Source: a virus
Length of the DNA: 64,000 nt
IMG/VR virus record: IMGVR_UViG_3300042888_000580
Span: 12,107-76,106 of that record
Strand: one strand, 5' to 3'
The position numbers and the translations under genes were made by a program. The notes under the pieces were generated by a model, which was not told the DNA's origin, did not search any database, and saw only the letters and a program-made list of their open reading frames with translations. Positions 38,187-46,433 of this stretch are shown here, one piece after another (the stretch's first letter is position 1; each line of letters opens with the position of its first letter).

Positions 38187-39401
38187 ATGGCAATAGACAT
38201 TGGCGCAGGAATTAATATTGGTGGTGGTATTTTAATGCAAGCTGGTCCAAGCGTTCCGGGTGCACCAACAATAGGATCTGCCACAGCTACAGGTGAAACA
38301 ACTGCGACCGTATCATTTACTGCACCAGCAAGTAATGGCGGTGCTACTATTACAAGTTATACAGCAACAAGTAGTCCCGGTGGTGTAACTGGTACATTGA
38401 GTCAATCAGGCTCTGGTACTATCAATGTTACTGGTTTAACAGCAAGTACAAGCTATACATTTACCGTAACAGCGACTAATAGTGTTGGTACAGGTAGTGC
38501 AAGTGCATCAAGTAACAGTATTACAACAAATGCACCACCAACGGGTAGTAAGGCTATCTTTGGATATGGAATTAGTAGTGTTAGCAATGTATCGATAACT
38601 AATCTAGTATCAACTACAGGTGTTGTTGGCAATGATGTAACAGGTGTCGGTACTACTAGATTTGGATTAGCAGCCGCTGGTTATGGTACAGATAAAGCTA
38701 TATTTGGTTATGGATATAATGGATCAACTAATGTATCATTGACCAACTTAGTATCAAACACCGGTGTAGTTGGTAATGATGTTACAGGTGTAGGCACTGC
38801 TAGAAATGGATTAGCAGCCGCAGGTTATGGAACTGATAAAGCTATATTTGGATATGGTGATCTTTACTCAATGACCAATCTAGTATCAAACACCGGTGTA
38901 GTTGCCACAGATACAACTGGAGTTGGTACTGCTAGACGATCATTAGCAGCCGCGGGTTATGGTGGAGATAAAGCTATATTTGGATACGGAAATAATGGAT
39001 CAACTGATGTATCATTGACCAACTTAGTATCAAATACCGGTGTAGTTGGTAATGATGTTACAGGTGTCGGTACTACTAGATATAATTTAGCAGCCGCAGG
39101 TTATGGAACAGATAAAGCTATATTTGGTTATGGATATAGTAATACTTTAATTTCTAACGTATCAATGACCAACCTAGTATCAAACACCGGTGTTGTTGCT
39201 AGTGATACAACAGGTGTTGGCTCTGCTAGAAGTGCATTGGCGGCCGCTGGTTACGGCACTGATAAAGCCATATTTGGATATGGATATGGTAATACTTTTT
39301 TATCATTGACCAACTTAGTATCAAATACCGGTGTAGTTGGTAATGATGTTACAGGTGTCGGTACTGCTAGATATGCATTAGCGGCTGCAGCCTACGGTTA
39401 A
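38187..39401 (+). CDS. FN3 + six-repeat (Kelch-like) propeller adhesin-like protein
   Basis: MAIDIGAGINIGGGI leader; FN3 PGAPTIG...YTFTVTATN; six KAIFGYG...TNLVSxTGVV...LAAAxYG repeats. Confidence 0.75.
   Translation: MAIDIGAGINIGGGILMQAGPSVPGAPTIGSATATGETTATVSFTAPASNGGATITSYTATSSPGGVTGTLSQSGSGTINVTGLTASTSYTFTVTATNSVGTGSASASSNSITTNAPPTGSKAIFGYGISSVSNVSITNLVSTTGVVGNDVTGVGTTRFGLAAAGYGTDKAIFGYGYNGSTNVSLTNLVSNTGVVGNDVTGVGTARNGLAAAGYGTDKAIFGYGDLYSMTNLVSNTGVVATDTTGVGTARRSLAAAGYGGDKAIFGYGNNGSTDVSLTNLVSNTGVVGNDVTGVGTTRYNLAAAGYGTDKAIFGYGYSNTLISNVSMTNLVSNTGVVASDTTGVGSARSALAAAGYGTDKAIFGYGYGNTFLSLTNLVSNTGVVGNDVTGVGTARYALAAAAYG
38550..39398 (+). repeat. Six tandem ~140-bp coding repeats
   Basis: Near-identical DNA units such as tcattgaccaacttagtatcaaataccggtgtagttggtaatgatgttacaggtgt. 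Confidence 0.9.
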
Positions 39402-39445
39402 CATTAAAATTAACATAAATACATTTACTATAAAGGGAAAATAAA

Positions 39446-39658
39446 ATGATAGACTTAGAAAACATGCCAGAACCGACCGCAGAAGAAATTGCTCAAGCAA
39501 GAGAAAACGCATTTAATGCTGAACGTCCAGCATCATGGATATGGGATGAAGCCGCAACTTCATACGTTGCACCAATCAGTCCTCCAAATGACGGATATCC
39601 TTACTTATGGGATGAAGCTACAACTAGTTGGACTCCTTTCCCTGGTTACCCTAGATAA
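39446..39658 (+). CDS. Small fibre-associated protein, paralog of the 37700 C-terminus
   Basis: PASWIWDE...PPNDGYPYLWDEATTSW. Confidence 0.6.
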   Translation: MIDLENMPEPTAEEIAQARENAFNAERPASWIWDEAATSYVAPISPPNDGYPYLWDEATTSWTPFPGYPR

Positions 39659-39680
39659 TAATCAATAAGATTATCAAAAT

Positions 39681-39701
39681 AAAGGCTCTCAGGAGCCTTT
39701 T
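39681..39701 (+). terminator. Intrinsic terminator
   Basis: AAAGGCTC-TCAG-GAGCCTTTT. Confidence 0.75.
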
Positions 39702-39750
39702 ATATTGTGGCAATTTGGCATAAATATTATAATATTATGGGGATAACATT

Positions 39751-41184
39751 ATGGCATTAACAATAGGCGGCGGAATAACTATAGGTGGTGCCATTACAGT
39801 ACAAATTGAATCGGCTATTCCCCCGGTTAATACAGTAGCACCTGTTGTTAGTGGAACAGCAACGGTAGGACAAACATTATCAACAACAAATGGTACTTGG
39901 ACTGGTACACCTACAATAACATTTACATATCAATGGCAACGAAACGGCTCTAACATATCGTCAGCTACTAGTAGTACCTACACATTAGTAAACGCTGATG
40001 CTGGTAATCCAATTAGATGTGTAGTAACTGGTACAAATAGTGTTGGTAATTCATCTGCTAATTCTAATGCTACATCTAATATATCTGCTATTGCCCCAGG
40101 AGCTCCGACTATAGGAACTGCCACAGCAACTGGTGCTACAACAGCTACGGTGGCATTTACTGCTCCGGCAAGTAATGGCGGTGCTACTATTACAAGTTAT
40201 ACAGCAACAAGTAGTCCCGGTGGCATTACTGGTACATTAAGTCAAGCAGGTAGTGGTACTATTAACGTAACTGGATTAAGTGGAAGTACAAGTTATACAT
40301 TTACTGTAACTGCTACTAATAGTGCAGGTACAAGTAGTCCAAGTGCATCAAGCAATAGTATTACAACAAGTTCTAGTGCAACACCAACCGTAGAATATCT
40401 AGTAGTTGCTGGTGGCGGCGGAGCGGCAGGCACAGGTACCAATGGCGGTGGTGGCGGTGGCGGTGGTGCCGGCGGCTATAAAACAGCTACAGGGTTGTCA
40501 ATTTCGTCTGGATCTCCTATTGCTATAACTGTAGGGGCAGGCGGTACTGGTGGGTATAACAGTGGATATACAGAAGGTAATGACTCGGTCTTTAATGGTA
40601 TAACATCTTATAGAGGCGGCCGTGGCGGCGGTGCCCTAGGTATGTCAGGTGGATTTGGTGGCTCCGGCGGCGGTGGTGTGGGTTATCCACCTGGAGGTCA
40701 GGGTGGATCAAATTTTGGTGCCCAAGGTAATCTCGGTGGCTCTGGTAATTACACTAACGGTGAAAGCGGTGGTGGTGGTGGTGGTGCAGGTGCTGTTGGC
40801 AGTAGTGCCCAATATGGAACCGGTGCCGGCAATGGTGGAAATGGTCTATCTAATTCAATCACAGGAACTGCAACTTATTATGCAGGTGGTGGAGGCGGCG
40901 GGCAACCTGGCGGAGGACAACCGGCAGGTACTGGCGGACAAGGTGGCGGTGGTGCCGGCAACAATGTTGCTAATCAAAATGCTGGGTCAGGAGATGCCAA
41001 CACCGGTGGAGGTGGTGGCGGTGCATATGGTGGCAATGGTGGCGCCGGAGGCTCGGGGATTGTTGTTATTCGCTATCCAGACACATATCCGGCTGCTACC
41101 AGCACAACAGGTAGTCCTACTATAACGGTAGTAGGTGGATATAGAGTATATAAATACACTAGTTCTGGTTCAATAACAATTTAA
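39751..41184 (+). CDS. Ig-like + FN3 + glycine-rich domain protein
   Basis: MALTIGGGITIGG leader; Ig-like FTYQWQRNG...IRCVVT; FN3; VEYLVVAGGG...GGSGIVVIRY glycine-rich domain. Confidence 0.75.
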   Translation: MALTIGGGITIGGAITVQIESAIPPVNTVAPVVSGTATVGQTLSTTNGTWTGTPTITFTYQWQRNGSNISSATSSTYTLVNADAGNPIRCVVTGTNSVGNSSANSNATSNISAIAPGAPTIGTATATGATTATVAFTAPASNGGATITSYTATSSPGGITGTLSQAGSGTINVTGLSGSTSYTFTVTATNSAGTSSPSASSNSITTSSSATPTVEYLVVAGGGGAAGTGTNGGGGGGGGAGGYKTATGLSISSGSPIAITVGAGGTGGYNSGYTEGNDSVFNGITSYRGGRGGGALGMSGGFGGSGGGGVGYPPGGQGGSNFGAQGNLGGSGNYTNGESGGGGGGAGAVGSSAQYGTGAGNGGNGLSNSITGTATYYAGGGGGGQPGGGQPAGTGGQGGGGAGNNVANQNAGSGDANTGGGGGGAYGGNGGAGGSGIVVIRYPDTYPAATSTTGSPTITVVGGYRVYKYTSSGSITI

Positions 41185-41200
41185 TTGAAAGAAATATAAT

Positions 41201-42148
41201 ATGGCACTAACAATAGGTGGAGGAATCACAATAGGTGGTGCTATTACATTACAACCTGAACTTCCTCCCGAAGCTCCAACTATAGGTACTGCTACTGCTA
41301 CTGGTGCAACAACAGCTACTGTAGCATTTACTGCTCCAATCAATGGTGGTTCTAGTGCAATAACAAGTTATACAGCAACAAGTAGTCCTGGCGGAATCAC
41401 CGGTACATTAAGTCAAGCAGGTAGTGGAACTATTACTGTATCTGGATTAAGTGAAGCTACAAGTTATACTTTTACTATAACTGCTACAAATAGTGTAGGC
41501 ACAAGTAGTCCAAGTGCCGCAAGTAATAGTATTACTACTCCACAAACAGTTCCTACAGTTATAGGACAGGCTTTTGGTGGTGGATATTATGCTGGAAAAA
41601 TATCTACTTCGGGTAATGGTGTTGCAACTCATTACCTTATTATTGGTCCAGCAGAATCTGCACAATCATTTCTATTTTGGAAAACATCCAGCACAGATAC
41701 ACCCGGTACTAATTCGGTCATTGATGGACCAACCAATACATCAAACATGAATAATTCACTTCATCCGGCTGCTCAGTTCTGTAAGGGATTAACTGTTGGT
41801 GGATATACTGATTGGTATATGCCTGCACAGAACGAACTAGAAGTTTGTTACTACAATTTAAAACCCACATCTTATAATAATAATACAAATTCAGGTATGA
41901 ACTCTAACTCAGTCCCCCCTGAACCCTATCAATCTTTTTACACTAATAGTAGTCCAGGAGTAACTTCTGCTACGGATTTTCAATCCGGCGGATCACAGGC
42001 GTTTGTTAGCAATATTTATTGGAGTAGTACTCAAAATAGCAGTGGCGACGGTAGTGCATGGAGACAGTTTTTCCTTAATGGACAGCAAACAAGTACGGCT
42101 AAGAGAAATGAATATTATGTTCGTGCCGTACGCAGAATACCAATTTAA
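41201..42148 (+). CDS. FN3 + DUF1566/Lcl-like (C-type lectin fold) protein
   Basis: Same leader and FN3; GYTDWYMPAQNEL...YWSSTQ...AW...YVRAVRR. Confidence 0.75.
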   Translation: MALTIGGGITIGGAITLQPELPPEAPTIGTATATGATTATVAFTAPINGGSSAITSYTATSSPGGITGTLSQAGSGTITVSGLSEATSYTFTITATNSVGTSSPSAASNSITTPQTVPTVIGQAFGGGYYAGKISTSGNGVATHYLIIGPAESAQSFLFWKTSSTDTPGTNSVIDGPTNTSNMNNSLHPAAQFCKGLTVGGYTDWYMPAQNELEVCYYNLKPTSYNNNTNSGMNSNSVPPEPYQSFYTNSSPGVTSATDFQSGGSQAFVSNIYWSSTQNSSGDGSAWRQFFLNGQQTSTAKRNEYYVRAVRRIPI

Positions 42149-42168
42149 CGAAAGAAATATAATCTATT

Positions 42169-42192
42169 AAAAGGCTCTTAGGAGCCTTTTTT
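42169..42192 (+). terminator. Intrinsic terminator ending the late adhesin array
   Basis: AAAAGGCTC-TTAG-GAGCCTTTTTT. Confidence 0.8.
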
Positions 42193-42193
42193 G

Positions 42194-42222
42194 TTGACAT
42201 AAATTCCATAACATGTTATACT
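42194..42222 (+). promoter_or_regulatory. Sigma70-type promoter
   Basis: TTGACA-N17-TATACT with extended -10 TG; ATG begins 7 nt after the -10 box. Confidence 0.8.
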
Positions 42223-42228
42223 CAACAT

Positions 42229-42483
42229 ATGAAAATAGAACGTGCTTTAGATTGGAATCAAGTTAGTAGCAACTTATCAAGTCAAATGAATGGGATTGGC
42301 TACAACCCAGACCTACATCGTATGCACAAAAACATTGATAAAATGGTAACTGAACTAAGCAAACTAGAAGTCAATCTACGTAGAACGGGCAAATACGAAA
42401 TGTTAGACGATAAAGTTGCCGCTGTCAATACAGCAATCAATCACTTAGAAAAATTAGTACTTATGGCTAACTTAATGAAGTAA
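42229..42483 (+). CDS. Hypothetical protein
   Basis: 84-aa helical ORF with its own promoter. Confidence 0.65.
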   Translation: MKIERALDWNQVSSNLSSQMNGIGYNPDLHRMHKNIDKMVTELSKLEVNLRRTGKYEMLDDKVAAVNTAINHLEKLVLMANLMK

Positions 42484-42484
42484 T

Positions 42485-42513
42485 TTGACAATAAGTCAAT
42501 TTGGGTATATAAT
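42485..42513 (+). promoter_or_regulatory. Sigma70-type promoter (perfect consensus)
   Basis: TTGACA-N17-TATAAT. Confidence 0.88.
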
Positions 42514-42540
42514 AGAGTCTTATTCAGTCAAAAGGTATCT

Positions 42541-42795
42541 ATGAAATTCAATGCAATTGCAGTTAGTACTTTGTACTTCAGAGTCTCAGTGAAAAAAAGG
42601 CCCTATAGCGATGAAGAAATTTGTTTATTAATCTCTGCAAGTGATTATACAAAAACAAATAATAAAGGTAAACTTTTATTAGGTAAAACTCTCTATTTTA
42701 GAGAATTACCATTAACTACTGAACAAACTATTATTGATTCTCATATTGAACAAATTGCCAGAATCAATAATTTTTCTTCTATACAAGTTTTGTAA
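42541..42795 (+). CDS. Hypothetical protein
   Basis: 84 aa; AAGGT RBS; bounded by promoters. Confidence 0.55.
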   Translation: MKFNAIAVSTLYFRVSVKKRPYSDEEICLLISASDYTKTNNKGKLLLGKTLYFRELPLTTEQTIIDSHIEQIARINNFSSIQVL

Positions 42796-42802
42796 TCAAA
42801 AT

Positions 42803-42831
42803 TTGACAATAAATCCAATTGGTGATACAAT
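42803..42831 (+). promoter_or_regulatory. Sigma70-type promoter
   Basis: TTGACA-N17-TACAAT with TG extension. Confidence 0.8.
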
Positions 42832-42903
42832 ACGTATTGAACAATATAAAACTGACTAGTTAATCAAATGGATAGATGTTGTAAATAAACAACAACACAA
42901 AAT

Positions 42904-42932
42904 TTGACAACAAATCAGTTTTATACTATACT
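42904..42932 (+). promoter_or_regulatory. Sigma70-type promoter for the MoxR gene
   Basis: TTGACA-N17-TATACT. Confidence 0.8.
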
Positions 42933-42963
42933 TCATATATCAAATTTTTAACAGGAGCATTTA

Positions 42964-44064
42964 ATGGCATCAGTATCAGACAATCTCACTATCACTAGTG
43001 TACAAACTCGCAAAGCAATGCTTAAAGCATTCAAAGCTAAACGCCCTCTTTTCTTGTGGGGCCCGCCCGGCATCGGTAAATCAGAAGTTGTAGCAGAAGT
43101 TACTGAAGAACTAGGTGGCTATATGATTGACTTGCGTATGGCACAAATGGAGCCTACAGATATTCGTGGTATCCCATTCTTTAATAAAGATATTAATAAA
43201 ATGGATTGGGCGGCACCAGTTGATTTGCCTGATGATGAACTAGCAAGCAAGTATCCGATCGTAGTATTATTCTTAGATGAAATGAATTCAGCAAGTCCCG
43301 CAGTACAAGCGGCCGGCTATCAGTTGATTTTGAATCGTAGAGTTGGTAAGTATGTACTTCCCGATAACGTTGTAATTGTTGCGGCAGGTAATCGTGATAG
43401 TGACAAAGGTGTTACATATCGTATGCCGATGCCCCTCGCTAATCGTTTCTTACACTTAGAAATGAGAGCAGATTTTACTTCTTGGCAGAACTGGGCAGTT
43501 AACAAAGGCATTCACAAAGACGTTGTGGGTTACTTGAGTTTCGCTAAACAAGATTTGTATGACTTTGATGCTAAATCATCAAGCAGAGCATTCGCTACAC
43601 CTCGTACATGGTGTTTCGTTAGTGACTTGTTGAATGATGAGGATGATACTGATAGTGATACATTGTTCAATTTGATTTCAGGTGCTGTAGGTGAAGGACT
43701 TGCTGTTAAGTTTGCGGCACATCGTAAAGTAGCAGGTCGTATGCCCGAACCCTCAGATATCTTGTCAGGTAAAGTTAAGGACCTCGCAGTTAAAGAAATT
43801 TCTGCTATGTACTCATTGACTATTTCAATGTGCTATGAATTGCGTGATGCACTAGAGACAAAGAAAGTTTCTAGCAAAGAGTTCCACACAATGGCTGATA
43901 ATTTCTTCAGTTATATTATGGCAAACTTTGAGACTGAACTAGTTGTTATGGGTGCTAAGATTGCACTTAAGACATACAAGTTACCAATTGAACCTAGTCA
44001 GTTAAAGAACTTTGATGACTTTCACAAGAAATACGGCAAGTACATTGTAGACGCAGGTAATTAA
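42964..44064 (+). CDS. MoxR-like AAA+ ATPase
   Basis: Walker A GPPGIGKS; Walker B LFLDEMN; AAGN; PLANRF; AGGAG RBS. Confidence 0.88.
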   Translation: MASVSDNLTITSVQTRKAMLKAFKAKRPLFLWGPPGIGKSEVVAEVTEELGGYMIDLRMAQMEPTDIRGIPFFNKDINKMDWAAPVDLPDDELASKYPIVVLFLDEMNSASPAVQAAGYQLILNRRVGKYVLPDNVVIVAAGNRDSDKGVTYRMPMPLANRFLHLEMRADFTSWQNWAVNKGIHKDVVGYLSFAKQDLYDFDAKSSSRAFATPRTWCFVSDLLNDEDDTDSDTLFNLISGAVGEGLAVKFAAHRKVAGRMPEPSDILSGKVKDLAVKEISAMYSLTISMCYELRDALETKKVSSKEFHTMADNFFSYIMANFETELVVMGAKIALKTYKLPIEPSQLKNFDDFHKKYGKYIVDAGN

Positions 44065-44065
44065 T

Positions 44066-44230
44066 ATGGCAACAAAGATTTTAACTGGCAAGAAATATTT
44101 CTACGCAATGGGTCAAAGTGCCCGTGATCGTGGATTGAACAAAAGTGAAGCCGAGGAACTGTACACTAAAGGTGCGGCACCTTACGCAAGGATTTACTTT
44201 GATAAAGGTTATCGCAAACTGTCAATGTAA
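44066..44230 (+). CDS. 54-aa protein missing from the ORF track
   Basis: MATKILTGKKYFYAMGQSARDRGLNKSEAEELYTKGAAPYARIYFDKGYRKLSM fills the gap between the ATPase stop and the next promoter. Confidence 0.65.
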   Translation: MATKILTGKKYFYAMGQSARDRGLNKSEAEELYTKGAAPYARIYFDKGYRKLSM

Positions 44231-44232
44231 TT

Positions 44233-44262
44233 TTGACAATTAATACAATCTCTGTTACAATA
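44233..44262 (+). promoter_or_regulatory. Sigma70-type promoter, copy 1 of an exact 30-bp direct repeat
   Basis: TTGACAATTAATACAATCTCTGTTACAATA (TTGACA-N17-TACAAT). Confidence 0.85.
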
Positions 44263-44289
44263 TATCTTTAACTTATACAGAGGAACAAA

Positions 44290-44643
44290 ATGTTATTACA
44301 ATTTAGAACATATCGTGGTAAAGCTATTCTTAAAATGGTTGAGAATCTTCTTAAAGAAGGTAACGTCATTCGTAGCCCTGAATATGGTAATGTAGTTGAT
44401 GGTATCTATGGTGGCTCACCTGAAGGTATTAAGCTTGACCCTCCTGCTAATATTCGTGGTATCGGTATGGATAGACTAGCAGGTTCTTGTGGTTATAAAA
44501 CTTCTTTTACTAAGAAACAACAAGAAAAAATTGTTTTGATCCACCTCGGTACAAAATACTATGAATTGTATAGTACTGAAAAAGAACTGAATAACGCTTC
44601 ATTCCCCAGTGATGCTTGTGAATTCATTGCAGTTGACAATTAA
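44290..44643 (+). CDS. Hypothetical protein between duplicated promoters
   Basis: 117 aa; GAGGA RBS; its stop lies inside repeat copy 2. Confidence 0.65.
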   Translation: MLLQFRTYRGKAILKMVENLLKEGNVIRSPEYGNVVDGIYGGSPEGIKLDPPANIRGIGMDRLAGSCGYKTSFTKKQQEKIVLIHLGTKYYELYSTEKELNNASFPSDACEFIAVDN

Positions 44644-44662
44644 TACAATCTCTGTTACAATA
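44633..44662 (+). promoter_or_regulatory. Sigma70-type promoter, copy 2 of the 30-bp direct repeat
   Basis: Identical to 44233-44262, 400 bp downstream. Confidence 0.85.
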
Positions 44663-44687
44663 GAGACATAAACAACAAAGGACCAAT

Positions 44688-45974
44688 ATGAGTGAAGTAA
44701 TTAATCCCAGTAAGAAACGTAGTCGTAGTAAGAAATTTGAGAATCTTGTAGGACCTACAGATAGTAAGATTGACTATCAAGCACGTGAACGATTAGTTAC
44801 CGCACGTATTGGTCTATTGTTACGTCATAGTTTTTTTGGCAATCTCGCTACACGTATGCAATTGATTAATGCTGATCTATGGTGTAGTACAGCGGCAACT
44901 GATGGCTTGAAGTTCTATTATAATAGTCGTTTCATTATGATGTTGAAGCCTAAAGAAGTTGAATTCTTAGTTGGGCATGAAGTGTTACACGTTGTGTACG
45001 ATCATATGGGTCGTAGAGGTAATCGTGATCCCGAAATCTGGAATATCGCTGATGACTATGCTGTCAATGCTGATTTGAAACGTCACAAAGTGGGTGAGTT
45101 TATTAAGACAGTACCTTGCTTGTATGAGCAGAAGTATGATGGCAAAGCCGCAGAAGAAATCTATGATGATTTGATGAAGAATGTTCAGAAAATCTCTATT
45201 GATGATTTACTGGACCAGATGATTGACGATCACATGGATGATGAAGGTGATGGTGACGGAGATCAAGAAGGTGAAGGTAACAAAAAAGGTAAGCGTCCCT
45301 CAATGAGTCCTGAAGAACGTGAACGTGTACGTCAGGAAGTTAAGCAAGCAATTATCAATGCCGCAAGTAGTGCTGAAGCAGGTTCATTACCTTTAGGTGT
45401 TGAGCGACTGATTAAACAACATACTAACCCAGTTATGCCCTGGCGTGAACTGATTCAAACGAATTTGACAAGTGCTATTCGTACAGATTATTCTTGGATG
45501 CGTCCTTCACGTAGAGGTTGGCACATGGATGCTATCATGCCCGGCATGAACCCCGGTGAAGAAATTGATGTTGTTGTTGCTATTGATATGAGTGGTTCTA
45601 TCAGTAACAAACAAGCACAACAATTCTTAGGTGAGATTGGTGGCATGATGAATAGTTTTGATGGCTACAAGGTCCACGTATTCTGTTTTGATACTGAGAC
45701 ATATAATCCCAAAGACTTCAGTAGTGAGAACATGGACCTCATTGATGAATATGAGCCAATGGGCGGTGGTGGCACTGACTTTGATTGTATCTTTACATAC
45801 TTGAAAGATATCGGCAATGTGCCTAAACGATTGATTGTATTTACAGATGGATATCCCTTTGGTAGTTGGGGTGATGCTGATTATTGTGATACAACATGGG
45901 TCATTCATGGTGATAAGAATCCCAATCCCCCTTTCGGTACATATGCGATTTATGATGAAGCAGTAACAGCATGA
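44688..45974 (+). CDS. Metallopeptidase-like (HEXXH) + vWA protein (DUF2201-like), MoxR partner
   Basis: TAATDG; HEVLH; MIDAS DMSGS; GGGGTDF; FTDG. Confidence 0.85.
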   Translation: MSEVINPSKKRSRSKKFENLVGPTDSKIDYQARERLVTARIGLLLRHSFFGNLATRMQLINADLWCSTAATDGLKFYYNSRFIMMLKPKEVEFLVGHEVLHVVYDHMGRRGNRDPEIWNIADDYAVNADLKRHKVGEFIKTVPCLYEQKYDGKAAEEIYDDLMKNVQKISIDDLLDQMIDDHMDDEGDGDGDQEGEGNKKGKRPSMSPEERERVRQEVKQAIINAASSAEAGSLPLGVERLIKQHTNPVMPWRELIQTNLTSAIRTDYSWMRPSRRGWHMDAIMPGMNPGEEIDVVVAIDMSGSISNKQAQQFLGEIGGMMNSFDGYKVHVFCFDTETYNPKDFSSENMDLIDEYEPMGGGGTDFDCIFTYLKDIGNVPKRLIVFTDGYPFGSWGDADYCDTTWVIHGDKNPNPPFGTYAIYDEAVTA

Positions 45975-46087
45975 TATTAGATATACTTGGCTATGGCTTT
46001 ATAGTACTGGTACTAGGCGTAGTCTTGTATATTTTTATTAGACTTCTCACCGGTGCATTAGATACTTTATCAAAACATGATGACTAA
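45971..46087 (+). CDS. 38-aa membrane peptide missing from the ORF track
   Basis: MILDILGYGFIVLVLGVVLYIFIRLLTGALDTLSKHDD; overlaps both neighbours. Confidence 0.55.
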   Translation: MILDILGYGFIVLVLGVVLYIFIRLLTGALDTLSKHDD

Positions 46088-46433
46088 GCATTACTTAGCA
46101 GTTTGGGACTGTAACGGTCTTGAAAGCCTACATGATGTTGGCTATCATATGGATAGGTACAATCAATGGGAGAAGCAAAAGGTTGTTGCTATTCTTAAAG
46201 AAGAACGAATCCCGGCAAGGCCTACAGGTATACCATTACAAATGTTGATCCTTCGTGCTAGAGCAAATAGTCAACGTTCATATGAGATTTATGAATTCAA
46301 TAGCACGTTAAAGTATAAAGAACTAACAGAAGCCTTTAATGATAATCCACAACCTATTGTAGAATGGATTAGAGAGAACGGTAAACAAGTTTATAGTGAC
46401 TATGTTAAGCAAGAAAGAAAGTTGATTCTATGA
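46077..46433 (+). CDS. Hypothetical protein
   Basis: 118 aa, coupled. Confidence 0.65.
   Translation: MMTKHYLAVWDCNGLESLHDVGYHMDRYNQWEKQKVVAILKEERIPARPTGIPLQMLILRARANSQRSYEIYEFNSTLKYKELTEAFNDNPQPIVEWIRENGKQVYSDYVKQERKLIL

Noticed and set aside
38550-39398. CRISPR-like array
   Set aside because: The repeats are in-frame protein repeats of about 140 bp without unique spacers.
40649-41125. Overlapping plus-strand 158-aa ORF
   Set aside because: It is an off-frame read of glycine codons (GGN), which lack stops.
41990-42148. Diversity-generating retroelement target (DUF1566-like C-terminus YWSSTQ...VRAVRR)
   Set aside because: No reverse transcriptase and no adenine-variant template repeat is visible in this window. 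One could lie elsewhere in the genome, so no DGR is claimed.
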